64,000 nt of DNA, taken from NCBI GenBank assembly GCA_964516845.1, contig CAZEXP010000006.1, positions 16,503 to 80,502 of the forward strand, in the 5' to 3' direction. The notes under the pieces are model-generated. The model searched no databases, had not been told where the DNA came from, and worked only from the letters and a program-made list of their open reading frames with translations. Numbering within the stretch: the stretch's first letter is position 1; each line of letters starts with the position of its first letter. This DNA is from an uncultured bacterium (GTDB taxonomy: Bacteria; Joyebacterota; Joyebacteria; Joyebacterales; Joyebacteraceae). The position numbers were made by a program, and so were the translations under genes. Below, piece by piece: positions 1-9,104 of the stretch.

Positions 1-1
1 G

Positions 2-241
2 GCGCAGGTGGGCGGGTTTCTCCTGCTCTCTCGCGTCGACGCGCCCGAGCAGAAGCTTGCGTACTTCGGCAAGATCGACAACGCCAAGTTCAGGAAGCCG
101 GTCTTCCCCGGCGACACGGTGCGATTCGAACTGGAGCTCCTGAGGCTCAGGGGTGGTACCTGCAAGATGCGAGGTACGGCCTATGTCAAGGGCGCCGTCG
201 TGGCCGAGGGCGAGTTCTGGTCACACGTCGTGGATCGATAG
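2..241 (+). CDS. fabZ: 3-hydroxyacyl-ACP dehydratase FabZ, C-terminal fragment (gene continues upstream of window)
   Basis: Translation ...FRKPVFPGDTVRFELELLRLRGGTCKMRGTAYVKGAVVAEGEF matches the C-terminus of the FabZ hot-dog fold. It sits directly upstream of lpxA, as in the conserved lpxD-fabZ-lpxA-lpxB order. Confidence 0.8.
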   Translation, partial: AQVGGFLLLSRVDAPEQKLAYFGKIDNAKFRKPVFPGDTVRFELELLRLRGGTCKMRGTAYVKGAVVAEGEFWSHVVDR

Positions 242-252
242 GCGGAGAGACA

Positions 253-1026
253 ATGACGCAAATAGACTCGAGAGCGGTGGTGCATGAGAGCGCAAACCTG
301 GGCGACGGCGTTGTCGTCGAGCCCTTCGCCATCATCGGCGCGAATGTGACGATCGGGAAGAACACGGCCATCAGGTCGATGGCTCTTGTCGACAGGAACA
401 CCGAGATCGGCGAGGATTGCGAGGTCTGCCACGGGGCCGCCGTGGGCGGGGATCCGCAGGATCTCAAGTACGCCGACGAGGAGACGTTCCTGCGTGTTGG
501 CGACCGCACGGTGATCAGGGAGTTCGCGACGCTCAACCGCGGGACGGGCGACGGAGGGACGACCGTTGTCGGAAGCGACGGGCTCATATGCGCGTACGCG
601 CACGTAGCGCACGACTGCTCCGTCGGCGACCATGTCGTGCTCGTCAACGCCGTCAACATCGCGGGTCATGTGGCGATCGAGGACTACGCATTCATAGGCG
701 GCATGACGGGCGTCCAGCAGTTTGTCCGTATCGGGGCTCACTGCTATGTCGGCGGCGGCTGCCGCGTGACCAAGGACGTTCCGCCGTACTTCAAGATCGG
801 CGGTGTCCCGACGCGTCCGATCGAGGTCAACACGATCGGCCTGATGCGTCGCGGGTTCGGTGAGGAGGCGCTGTCGGCGCTCAGGCTGAGCTATCGATTG
901 CTCTACCTCTCCGATCTCAACACGACGCAGGCCCTCGTGCGGATTCGCGAAGAGGTCCCGGAGACCGCGGAGGTCCTGCAGCTCATCTCGTTCATCGAGA
1001 GTTCATCTCGGGGCATCATCAAGTAG
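253..1026 (+). CDS. lpxA: UDP-N-acetylglucosamine O-acyltransferase LpxA
   Basis: 257 aa. N-terminal hexapeptide-repeat (left-handed beta-helix) region followed by the LpxA C-terminal helical domain (PPYFKIGGVPTRPIEVNTIGLMRRGF). Located between fabZ and lpxB. Confidence 0.9.
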   Translation: MTQIDSRAVVHESANLGDGVVVEPFAIIGANVTIGKNTAIRSMALVDRNTEIGEDCEVCHGAAVGGDPQDLKYADEETFLRVGDRTVIREFATLNRGTGDGGTTVVGSDGLICAYAHVAHDCSVGDHVVLVNAVNIAGHVAIEDYAFIGGMTGVQQFVRIGAHCYVGGGCRVTKDVPPYFKIGGVPTRPIEVNTIGLMRRGFGEEALSALRLSYRLLYLSDLNTTQALVRIREEVPETAEVLQLISFIESSSRGIIK

Positions 1027-1077
1027 CGGATGCGGGACGTAGCGGGCCGGACGCGATGTGTGACGCTCCCCGTCAGG

Positions 1078-1110
1078 GGCGCGCCCTCACGCGGCGGGCG
1101 CGCCTTGTCG
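1078..1110 (+). terminator. GC-rich hairpin after lpxA (possible terminator or attenuator)
   Basis: Perfect 9-bp stem GGCGCGCCC / GGGCGCGCC with loop TCACGCGGC, followed by TTGTCG. No long U-tract, as is common in high-GC genomes. Confidence 0.3.
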
Positions 1111-1150
1111 CGCCCTGTCGTTCCAGCGGCTCCGCAGTGAGGGGAATGAT

Positions 1151-2128
1151 ATGCTGAAGGTCGGTGTGATCGGGACGGGGCATCTGGGGCGCTTCCATAC
1201 GCGCGTCTACTCCGAGCTCCCGGGATGCGAGCTCATTGGTGTCTATGATACGGACAGTGAGCGGGCGGCGGCGGTCGCTGCCGAATACGGCACGGTCGCG
1301 CTCCCGACGATGGGCGCGCTGGTGGAGGCGGCCGAGGCCGTCAGTATCGCGGTCCCGACGACGGCGCACCACGAGATCGGGATGGCGTGTCTCGATGCGG
1401 GCGTGCACGTTCTCATCGAGAAACCGATCGCGTCGACGGTGGAGCAGGCACGCGAGCTCGTCGAGACCGCCCGGAAGCGCGACCTTCGCATACAGGTCGG
1501 CCACATCGAGCGCTTCAACCAGGCCACACGAGCCGCGCTGGCCGTGCTCCGCGAGCCGAAGTTCGTGGAGGCGCACCGCCTGGGCGTATTCGTGCCGCGA
1601 GGTACCGATGTCGCGGTGGTTCTCGACCTGATGATCCACGATATCGATCTTATCCTGTCGGCGGTCGGCTCGCCCGTGGCGCGGATCGACGCCGTCGGCG
1701 TCCCGGTGCTTTCTACGAACATAGACATCGCGAATGCGCGGCTGACGTTCGAGGACGGCTGTGTCGCGAACGTCACAGCCAGCCGTGTTTCACGCGAACG
1801 GATCAGAAAGATCCGCTTCTTCCAGGCGGACGCATACGTCAGTGTTGATACGATGGGTCCGGCCGTCGAGGTCATACGCCGCAAGGACGTCTCACAGGAG
1901 CTGCTTCTCAAGATCGCGAGCGGCGAGGTCGAGGGTGGCCTCGAGAACATCGTCGAGATGGAACGGCCCGTGATGGACGGGGCCGATGCGTTGGAACTCG
2001 AGCTGTCCGCGTTCGTGCGCGCCGTGATGAACGGGGAGCGTCCCGTCGTCGACGGGGAGGACGGGCTGAAGGCGCTCGAGGTCGCGCTCGAGATCATGAG
2101 GCAGATCGGCCTCACGGCAGGAGAGTAG
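1151..2128 (+). CDS. Gfo/Idh/MocA-family NAD(P)-dependent oxidoreductase inserted in the lipid A cluster
   Basis: 325 aa. N-terminal Rossmann motif VGVIGTGHLGRFH and the EKP motif (HVLIEKPIA) typical of Gfo/Idh/MocA. It lies between lpxA and lpxB. Confidence 0.8.
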   Translation: MLKVGVIGTGHLGRFHTRVYSELPGCELIGVYDTDSERAAAVAAEYGTVALPTMGALVEAAEAVSIAVPTTAHHEIGMACLDAGVHVLIEKPIASTVEQARELVETARKRDLRIQVGHIERFNQATRAALAVLREPKFVEAHRLGVFVPRGTDVAVVLDLMIHDIDLILSAVGSPVARIDAVGVPVLSTNIDIANARLTFEDGCVANVTASRVSRERIRKIRFFQADAYVSVDTMGPAVEVIRRKDVSQELLLKIASGEVEGGLENIVEMERPVMDGADALELELSAFVRAVMNGERPVVDGEDGLKALEVALEIMRQIGLTAGE

Positions 2129-2165
2129 CTCCCGCCGTCCCGCTCCCAGGCTCCTGGATCGGATC

Positions 2166-3305
2166 ATGGACTGTCGTGGTTCCTCCGTACTGATCGTCGC
2201 CGGCGAGGCGTCGGGCGACCTGCATGCATCGAAGCTCGTCTCGGAGCTTGCTGCTGCCCGCCCGGGGATTCGCGTGTTCGGTGTCGGTGGTGACAGGATG
2301 CGTGCGTCCGGCGTTGAGATCCTCCATCACTCCGACGAGTTCGCGGTGACGGGTCTGGTCGAGGTCGTGGCCCACATCCCGCGGCTGCGCAGGGCGATGG
2401 GTGGCCTCGTCCGCGAAGCTCGGGCCCGGGACGCGAAGCTCGCCATCCTCGTCGACTACCCCGGCTTCAATCTGCTTCTCGCCCGGCGGCTGAAGGCCAT
2501 CGGGATCCCTGTCTTCTACTACATCAGCCCCCAGGTCTGGGCCTGGGGCGAACGCCGGGTTCGGGCCATCGCGCGCGATGTCGACCGGATGGCCGTCATC
2601 CTTCCATTCGAAGAGCAGTTCTATCGCGAGCGCGGCATGCGGGTCGATTTCGTCGGGCATCCGCTGCTCGAGGAGCCGGCGCTGGCTGTCCCCGGAGCGC
2701 CGAAGACGATTCCCGAGGGGCCTCCCGTCATCGGGATTCTCCCGGGCAGTCGCCCGAACGAGCTTGAGCGTCATCTTCCGGTCATGCTGCACGCCGCGGG
2801 GCTTCTGCGCGGTCGCATTCCGGGCGTGCGATTCCGGCTGGGCCTGGCTGGTGAGACGGGGCCTGCAGGCGCGCATCCTGCCGGCATCGGCGACCACATC
2901 GAGATCGCGCCGCCGGGTTCCGCCTACGACATCATGCGCGAGTCGACGGCACTCATCGTTTCGTCGGGGACGGCGACGATCGAAGCGGCCTGCTTTGGGA
3001 CGCCGATGGTCATCGTCTACAGGATGCAGCCCGTCTCTTTCGCTATCGGACGGCGGCTCGTCAGGATCCCGGACATCGGTCTCGTCAATGTCGTGGCGGG
3101 TGAGCGCGTCGTTCCGGAGCTCGTTCAGGGTGATGCGACCGCGGAGCGAATCGCGGCCGAGGTGGAAGCGCTGCTCGGCGACGGCGAGCGATACACATCG
3201 CTCTCGGCGCGGCTCCTGGATGTCTGGGGAACGCTTGGGGAGCCCGGCGCGAGCGCTCGGGCGGCCCGGATAGCAGCAGCGATGCTGGAGGAGCGTGGAG
3301 CGTGA
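2166..3305 (+). CDS. lpxB: Lipid-A-disaccharide synthase LpxB
   Basis: 379 aa. N-terminus LIVAGEASGDLHAS and the overall GT19 fold. Follows lpxA (with the oxidoreductase in between). Confidence 0.9.
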   Translation: MDCRGSSVLIVAGEASGDLHASKLVSELAAARPGIRVFGVGGDRMRASGVEILHHSDEFAVTGLVEVVAHIPRLRRAMGGLVREARARDAKLAILVDYPGFNLLLARRLKAIGIPVFYYISPQVWAWGERRVRAIARDVDRMAVILPFEEQFYRERGMRVDFVGHPLLEEPALAVPGAPKTIPEGPPVIGILPGSRPNELERHLPVMLHAAGLLRGRIPGVRFRLGLAGETGPAGAHPAGIGDHIEIAPPGSAYDIMRESTALIVSSGTATIEAACFGTPMVIVYRMQPVSFAIGRRLVRIPDIGLVNVVAGERVVPELVQGDATAERIAAEVEALLGDGERYTSLSARLLDVWGTLGEPGASARAARIAAAMLEERGA

Positions 3306-4057
3306 CCGTGAGTTCTCCAGCGAGACGGAAGAGAGCGACCGGCCGGCTCAGCCTCGGTGACCGGCTCCTGGTAGGCTTCGTTGGGGCGTTCGGGCCGGCA
3401 GTCGTCAGACTCCTTGGTGCCTCGTGGCGCGTTCGCTTCGTCAATGCCGGCGCTGTTGGGTCGGTGCACGCGTCGGGGAGACCGCTCATCTACGCGTTCT
3501 GGCACAGCTACATACTGCCACTCGGGTACACACACCGAGGCCGCGGCGTCGTGGTGCTGTCGTCATGGCATCGCGACGGTGAGATCACCGCACATCTGCT
3601 GAGGGCTCTCGGTTTCGCTGTCGAGCGAGGCTCGACAACGCGCGGTTCCGTCCGGGGCGTGGTCAGGATGGTGGGGCGCGCTCGTGAGGGGCGCGACCTT
3701 GCGATCACTCCCGACGGACCGAAGGGGCCGGCGCGGGTCTCTCAGACCGGTGCCGGATTCGTCTCGCGGAGGGCCGATGCGCCGATCGTCGCTCTCGGTG
3801 TCGGCGTCGACCGGTGCCGCCGGCTTTCGGGTTGGGACCGTTTTGTGATCCCGTACCCGTTCGCCCGCATCGTCGTGCTCCACAGCGACCCCATCGAGAT
3901 CGCAGAGGGTCAGGGCCTGGATGCCGCCGCGTCGTCGCTCACCGCCGAGATCGATCGGCTCTGCATAGAGGCACAGGCGCTCGCGGAGGAACCGTCCCGG
4001 TTCGACGCGCTGAGCCGCGGCACATCCGGGGATGCGGAGGGCCGGACGCGTGAGTAA
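3302..4057 (+). CDS. DUF374-family protein (lysophospholipid-acyltransferase-like, KdtA-associated)
   Basis: 251 aa. GTG start overlaps the lpxB stop (GTGA). Contains FWHSYILPLGY...ITPDGPKGP, resembling DUF374 proteins that are typically encoded next to waaA/kdtA. Confidence 0.65.
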   Translation: MTVSSPARRKRATGRLSLGDRLLVGFVGAFGPAVVRLLGASWRVRFVNAGAVGSVHASGRPLIYAFWHSYILPLGYTHRGRGVVVLSSWHRDGEITAHLLRALGFAVERGSTTRGSVRGVVRMVGRAREGRDLAITPDGPKGPARVSQTGAGFVSRRADAPIVALGVGVDRCRRLSGWDRFVIPYPFARIVVLHSDPIEIAEGQGLDAAASSLTAEIDRLCIEAQALAEEPSRFDALSRGTSGDAEGRTRE

Positions 4058-5375
4058 CCAGCGAACATGGACACCGTTTGCCTATCGCGTCTATCGATTC
4101 GCGACATGGGCCGTCTGGTGCCTGGTGTGGGTGGGCCTGCGCGTTGCGGGGCTGAAGAGCCGGGAGTGGCGCGAGCGACTCGGGAACGTTCAGGACTCGC
4201 CGCAGGGGGCCGTCTGGGTCCACGCCGCATCCGTCGGCGAGGTCGGTGCCGCGCTCCCGCTCGTCCGCGAGCTGTCGTCGCGCGGATGCGACGTGCGCGT
4301 GACCGTTGTGACCCCGGCCGGCGTCCGCATTGCCCGGACGTCGCTGCCGGAAAGCATCCCCGTGTGTTTCGCGCCGCTCGACTTCGTCGCCGTCACCAGG
4401 CGCGCCCTGCGCGCCACGCGCCCGTCGCTGATCATCCTCATCGAGACCGAGCTCTGGCCGAATCTCCTGTTCGAGGCGAGGGCCTGCGGTGTCCCTGTGG
4501 TGATGGCGAACGCGCGCCTGTCGGAGCGGAGTCTCTCGCGCTATCGTTCGAAGGGGTCGCCGCTGCGCGGTGTGGCGCAGCTCATTCGAGCCGCGGTCTG
4601 TCAGTCCGACGATGACGTGCGGCGTTTCGTCAGACTCGGGTTTGACCGGTCGAACGTGCGCTCCTTCGGCAGCACCAAGTTCGATTCGCTTGACGCTCCG
4701 TTGTCCGCCTCGAAGCGGGGGGAGCTGAGGAGGTCGTTCGGGTTCGATGCGGCTGCCCCCGTGCTGGTCTTCGGAAGCGTGAGGCCGCTGGAAGAGGCGG
4801 AGGTGGCCCGCGCTGTGGCACAGTGCCTGGCCGGTCTGGACCGCGCGCGCGCCGTGATCGCGCCGCGACACCTGGAGCGCGTCGCGCCGCTCATCGCGGC
4901 GCTCGGAGGCTCGGGCGTCGCCGGCGTTCGCAGAACCAGGCTCGTTCAGAGTGCGGCGGACGTGACGGAGCGTCCCGGCGTCGTCATCCTCGACACGACC
5001 GGCGAGCTCGGGGATGTGTACGCGATAGCCGACGCGGCGTTCGTGGGCGGGACGCTCGCGGACTACGGTGGGCACAACCCGCTCGAACCGGCGGCGCAGG
5101 GAGTGCCGGTCGTGCTCGGGCCGCACACGGAGACCTGTCGGGAGAACGCCGAGCTGCTGCTCGACGCAGGCGCGGCGGTGACGGTGTCGAATGGCGAGGA
5201 GCTTGCGGAAGAAATGGTCCGCATCGTGCGGGACGACGACGTTCGTCGGGCGATGTCGGAGGCTGCGCTCCGTGTGATGGAGGAGGGACGGGGAGCCTCC
5301 GCGCGCGCCGTCGAGTGGCTTGCCGGACTCGGACTGTTGCGGGTCGCCGGGCCCGGGGAAGGATCGACGTCGTGA
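4032..5375 (+). CDS. waaA: 3-deoxy-D-manno-octulosonic acid (Kdo) transferase WaaA/KdtA
   Basis: 447 aa. N-terminal GT30 domain with the conserved HAASVGE motif (VWVHAASVGEVGAALPLVREL) and C-terminal GT-B half. The start may be a few codons downstream (GTG 4050). Confidence 0.85.
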   Translation: MRRAGRVSNQRTWTPFAYRVYRFATWAVWCLVWVGLRVAGLKSREWRERLGNVQDSPQGAVWVHAASVGEVGAALPLVRELSSRGCDVRVTVVTPAGVRIARTSLPESIPVCFAPLDFVAVTRRALRATRPSLIILIETELWPNLLFEARACGVPVVMANARLSERSLSRYRSKGSPLRGVAQLIRAAVCQSDDDVRRFVRLGFDRSNVRSFGSTKFDSLDAPLSASKRGELRRSFGFDAAAPVLVFGSVRPLEEAEVARAVAQCLAGLDRARAVIAPRHLERVAPLIAALGGSGVAGVRRTRLVQSAADVTERPGVVILDTTGELGDVYAIADAAFVGGTLADYGGHNPLEPAAQGVPVVLGPHTETCRENAELLLDAGAAVTVSNGEELAEEMVRIVRDDDVRRAMSEAALRVMEEGRGASARAVEWLAGLGLLRVAGPGEGSTS

Positions 5376-6544
5376 CCCGCCCGGAAAGGACTGCGCCGAC
5401 CGGTGCGCCGGCGAGCGCGACACCCTCGTTGAGACGACGCAGCGCTTCGGCGTGGTGGCGCGATGTCGCCTACGCCCGAACGGATGTGCGCCCGCCCGGC
5501 TTGTATGCGGTCTGGTTCCTCGTGTTCTGCTCGGTCGTCTACGGGATCATCTCGTTCCTGGCGATGCGCCTCCGGGCGCGTGGAGCGGTCAGCGCGACGG
5601 TCCCCGTCATCTCGGTAGGGAACCTCGTTGTCGGTGGCACCGGCAAGACACCACTCGTGGTCTATCTTGCGCGGATGCTCGTGAGCGATGGTCACCGGGT
5701 CGTGGTCGTCAGCCGGGGCTACGGACGGGCCGGGCGGACGCCCGTCATCGTCTCGCGGGGCGACCGGGCGCTGGTCGGGTGGCGCGAGGCGGGTGATGAG
5801 CCCTCGCTTATCTCCATGCTGGCTCGCGGCGCCGGAGTGGTCGTCGCCTCTCGGCGGTCGGAAGGCGTGCGCGTCGCGGTGGAAAAGCTCCGGGCCGGTG
5901 TTATACTTCTTGATGACGGCATGCAGCATGTGCAGCTTGCCCGCGATCTGGATATCGTCGCGGTCGACGCACGCTCGCCGCTCGGGAACGGTCATTTGCT
6001 CCCGGCCGGTCCTCTTCGGGAACATCCGCTCGGTGTCATGAGGGCGGGGCTCATCGTCGCGACGCGGTGCGACCGGGCCGGAGGTGCGGCGGACGTGCGG
6101 CGGACCGTGGGTTCGCTTGCCCCCGGTATCCCGATCGTCGAGACGAGAATGCGTCTGGCCGAGCTCTGGGACGTCTCGACGGAGCGCCCCGTCAGGGCGG
6201 CCGACATCCGCGGTGGAACGGCGTTCGCGGTGGCCGGGATCGCCGATCCTGACGACTTCAGGGAGACGCTGCGCGAACTCGGCTTCCACGTTGTCGGTCT
6301 GCACGCGTTCGCCGACCACCACGAGTTCACGGACGACGACATCGCCGGTCTCGATGAGGAGCTGGACGAATTCGGGGCGAGTGTCGTCCTCACGACGGAG
6401 AAGGACGCGGTCCGGCTCCGTGGCTGGCGTCCGCGCGTGCCGCTCGTCGCCGTCGGGATCGACATCGAAGTGACGCGGGGCGAGAGCCTGGTGCGCGACG
6501 CGCTCAGACGCGCGATCGCGCGGGGAGAACGAGATGACGCTTGA
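5372..6544 (+). CDS. lpxK: Tetraacyldisaccharide 4'-kinase LpxK
   Basis: P-loop VPVISVGNLVVGGTGKTP and the LpxK C-terminal region. Candidate GTG start overlaps the waaA stop (GTGA); the true start could be downstream (e.g. 5486). The annotated 573-aa ORF from 4823 is out of frame over waaA and is not real. Confidence 0.8.
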   Translation: MTRPERTAPTGAPASATPSLRRRSASAWWRDVAYARTDVRPPGLYAVWFLVFCSVVYGIISFLAMRLRARGAVSATVPVISVGNLVVGGTGKTPLVVYLARMLVSDGHRVVVVSRGYGRAGRTPVIVSRGDRALVGWREAGDEPSLISMLARGAGVVVASRRSEGVRVAVEKLRAGVILLDDGMQHVQLARDLDIVAVDARSPLGNGHLLPAGPLREHPLGVMRAGLIVATRCDRAGGAADVRRTVGSLAPGIPIVETRMRLAELWDVSTERPVRAADIRGGTAFAVAGIADPDDFRETLRELGFHVVGLHAFADHHEFTDDDIAGLDEELDEFGASVVLTTEKDAVRLRGWRPRVPLVAVGIDIEVTRGESLVRDALRRAIARGERDDA

Positions 6545-7460
6545 GGAATACGGAGGTCTGTCGACCGAGGAACTGTCGGAACGGATCCGCCGGTCGAAGG
6601 AGGAGAAGCGGGCGGTCATCCTGGGCCACAACTACCAGGTGCCGGAGGTGCAGGTGCTCGCCGATCACCTTGGCGATTCGCTGAGGCTGGCGCAGCTCGC
6701 GACCGAGACCGATGCTGAGCTCATCGTTCTCTGCGGTGTGTGGTTCATGGCGGAAAGCGCGAAGATCCTCAATCCGGACCGACGCGTCATCATCCCGTCA
6801 AGGGACGCGGGCTGTCCAATGGCCGAGATGGCTACCGCCGAGGGCGTTGTCAGGCTCAAACGGCGGCATCCGGGCGTCCCCGTCGTCAGCTACGTCAATA
6901 CGTCCGCGGAGGTCAAGGCTGTCAGCGACGTCTGCTGCACGTCGGCCAATGCGGTCAGGATCGTCGAGGCCGTCGAGGGCGACACGGTCATCTTCGTTCC
7001 CGACAGGAACCTCGGCGCGTACGTGGCCTCGAAGACCGGGAAGAACGTCATTCTCTGGCAGGGGCACTGCTACGTGCACAACATGTTCGTTCCGGAGGAC
7101 ATCGAACTCGCCCGCGGCGAGCATCCCGGTGTTCCCGTGGTCGTCCATCCCGAATCGCCGCCCGACGTCATCGCGCGGGCCGAGTTCGTGGCGTCGACCG
7201 GAGGCATGATGAAGCTCGCCGAGGAATACGACGAACTCATCGTCGGGACGGAGATCGGACTCATCGAGAGAATGAATCGGGAGTTTCCCGAGAAGCGCTT
7301 CTATCCGCTCTCGGCGTTCGCGGTCTGCCGCACTATGAAGATGACGGACCTTCCTCGGCTCGCGTGGGCGCTCGAGCACGAGGAGTACGAGGTGACGGTG
7401 CCCGAGGACATCCGTCGGGGCGCGGAGCGCGCGCTCGCGCGTATGCTCGAGCTCTCCTGA
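6534..7460 (+). CDS. nadA: Quinolinate synthase NadA
   Basis: 308 aa. Motifs ILGHNYQ, CGVWFMAESAKIL and VSYVNTSAEVKA are typical of NadA. The ATG overlaps the lpxK stop by 11 nt. Confidence 0.9.
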   Translation: MTLEEYGGLSTEELSERIRRSKEEKRAVILGHNYQVPEVQVLADHLGDSLRLAQLATETDAELIVLCGVWFMAESAKILNPDRRVIIPSRDAGCPMAEMATAEGVVRLKRRHPGVPVVSYVNTSAEVKAVSDVCCTSANAVRIVEAVEGDTVIFVPDRNLGAYVASKTGKNVILWQGHCYVHNMFVPEDIELARGEHPGVPVVVHPESPPDVIARAEFVASTGGMMKLAEEYDELIVGTEIGLIERMNREFPEKRFYPLSAFAVCRTMKMTDLPRLAWALEHEEYEVTVPEDIRRGAERALARMLELS

Positions 7461-7483
7461 GCCGGGCGTGGGGGAGGCATGAC

Positions 7484-9088
7484 GTGGAGAGGTCCGACTT
7501 CATCGTCGTCGGAAGCGGGATCGCCGGGCTGACGTTCGCTCTGAACGCGGCCGAGAGCGGGCGGGTCCTCATCGTCACGAAGAAGGACGACAAGGAGTCT
7601 GCCACGAATCTGGCGCAGGGCGGCATTGCCGCCGTCGTGGCGCGCGAGGATTCGTTCGATCGACATGTCGAGGACACACTTGCCGCCGGCGTTGGCCTCT
7701 GCAATCGCGAGGCCGTGGAGATCGCCGTCCGGGGTGGCCCGGACGCCGTGCGTCGCCTCACCGAGTGGGGGACTCACTTCTCCACGGAGACCGACAGCGC
7801 GGGCGGCACATCGCTCGCGCTTGGTCGAGAGGGCGGCCACTCCGAACGTCGCATCGTGCACGCGGCGGACATGACCGGACGCGAGATCGAGGCCGCGCTC
7901 CTCGGAGCGGTCGACCGGCATCCGAACATCGAGGTGCTCGAGGACCACATCGCGCTCGACCTCATCACGACGGGCGAGGGAGTGGACAAGGCCTGCGCCG
8001 GCGTCCAGGTGCTCGATGACCCCGCTGGCGAGGTGAAGACGCTCCTCGCGTCGGTGACGGTGCTCGCGACCGGCGGATGCGGACGCGTCTACCTCTACAC
8101 GACCAACCCCGATATCGCCACGGGCGACGGCATCGCCATGGCGTTTCGGGCGGGCGTCGCCGTGCGGAACATGGAATTCGTGCAGTTCCACCCGACCTGC
8201 CTCTATCATCCGGACGTTCGTTCGTTCCTTATCTCGGAGGCCGTCCGAGGCGAGGGAGCCGTGCTTCTGAGTCTCGCGGGCGAACGGATCATGGAGGGTG
8301 TCGATCCCAGGAAGGAACTCGCTCCGCGCGACATCGTTGCTCGGGCCATCGACCGGACCATGAAGCAGACCGGTGACAAGCATGTCTATCTCGACATCAC
8401 GCACGTCGCGCCCGAGCGTGTGACGGCGCGCTTCCCGGGCATCTCATCGCGTCTGATGGAACTCGGCATCGACATGACGAGCGAGCCGATCCCGGTCGTC
8501 CCGGCGGCGCACTATCTGTGCGGCGGTATCGAGGTCGACATGGACTGCCGAACCAGCCTCCCGGGTCTCTACGCATGCGGCGAGACCGCGCACACCGGGA
8601 TGCACGGGGCCAACCGTCTCGCGAGCAATTCCCTTCTCGAGGCGGTCGTCTTCAGTGAGCGTGCCGCGCGGCGCGCGACCGCCGAGCTTGCGGAGCGGCG
8701 TGCGGCTCGCGACGCCTCCGGCGACGTCGAGTGGGACGGCATGGGGGTCGGCCCGATTCCCGAGGGTGTGCTGATGGACTACAACTGGGACGTCGTGAGG
8801 CGTCTGATGTGGGACTACGTGGGCATCGTCCGGACGGAAAGGCGTCTCAGACTCGCGGTCGCGCGGATGGCCGCGATCAGACGCGAGGTCATGGATCTCT
8901 ACGCCCGGTACCCCGTCAACGCCGACATCCTCGAGCTTCGGAATATCTCGCTCGTCGGCGAACTCGTCATCCGTTGCGCGCTCGACCGGCGTGAATCCCG
9001 GGGGCTCCACTACCTGGAGGACCATCCCGACCGCGATGACGAGAACTACCTCCGCGACACCGTGATCCCGGGGGGGTCCGGGCTCTAG
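7484..9088 (+). CDS. nadB: L-aspartate oxidase NadB
   Basis: FAD-binding N-terminus DFIVVGSGIAGL and the fumarate-reductase/succinate-dehydrogenase flavoprotein fold. GTG start 6 nt after a GGGGGAGG Shine-Dalgarno. The upstream part of the 782-aa ORF (6740-7483) lies over nadA out of frame and is spurious. Confidence 0.88.
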   Translation: MERSDFIVVGSGIAGLTFALNAAESGRVLIVTKKDDKESATNLAQGGIAAVVAREDSFDRHVEDTLAAGVGLCNREAVEIAVRGGPDAVRRLTEWGTHFSTETDSAGGTSLALGREGGHSERRIVHAADMTGREIEAALLGAVDRHPNIEVLEDHIALDLITTGEGVDKACAGVQVLDDPAGEVKTLLASVTVLATGGCGRVYLYTTNPDIATGDGIAMAFRAGVAVRNMEFVQFHPTCLYHPDVRSFLISEAVRGEGAVLLSLAGERIMEGVDPRKELAPRDIVARAIDRTMKQTGDKHVYLDITHVAPERVTARFPGISSRLMELGIDMTSEPIPVVPAAHYLCGGIEVDMDCRTSLPGLYACGETAHTGMHGANRLASNSLLEAVVFSERAARRATAELAERRAARDASGDVEWDGMGVGPIPEGVLMDYNWDVVRRLMWDYVGIVRTERRLRLAVARMAAIRREVMDLYARYPVNADILELRNISLVGELVIRCALDRRESRGLHYLEDHPDRDDENYLRDTVIPGGSGL

Positions 9089-9104
9089 CACGGGAGCGAT
9101 CACC

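Noticed and set aside
4823-6544. 573-aa ORF with an Arg/Gly-rich N-terminus
   Set aside because: The first ~183 codons overlap waaA in another frame and have no protein-like composition. The real LpxK starts near 5372-5486.
6740-9088. 782-aa ORF spanning nadA and nadB
   Set aside because: Only 7484-9088 (GTG after GGGGGAGG) is NadB. The upstream 248 codons run out of frame across nadA and are a high-GC open-frame artefact.
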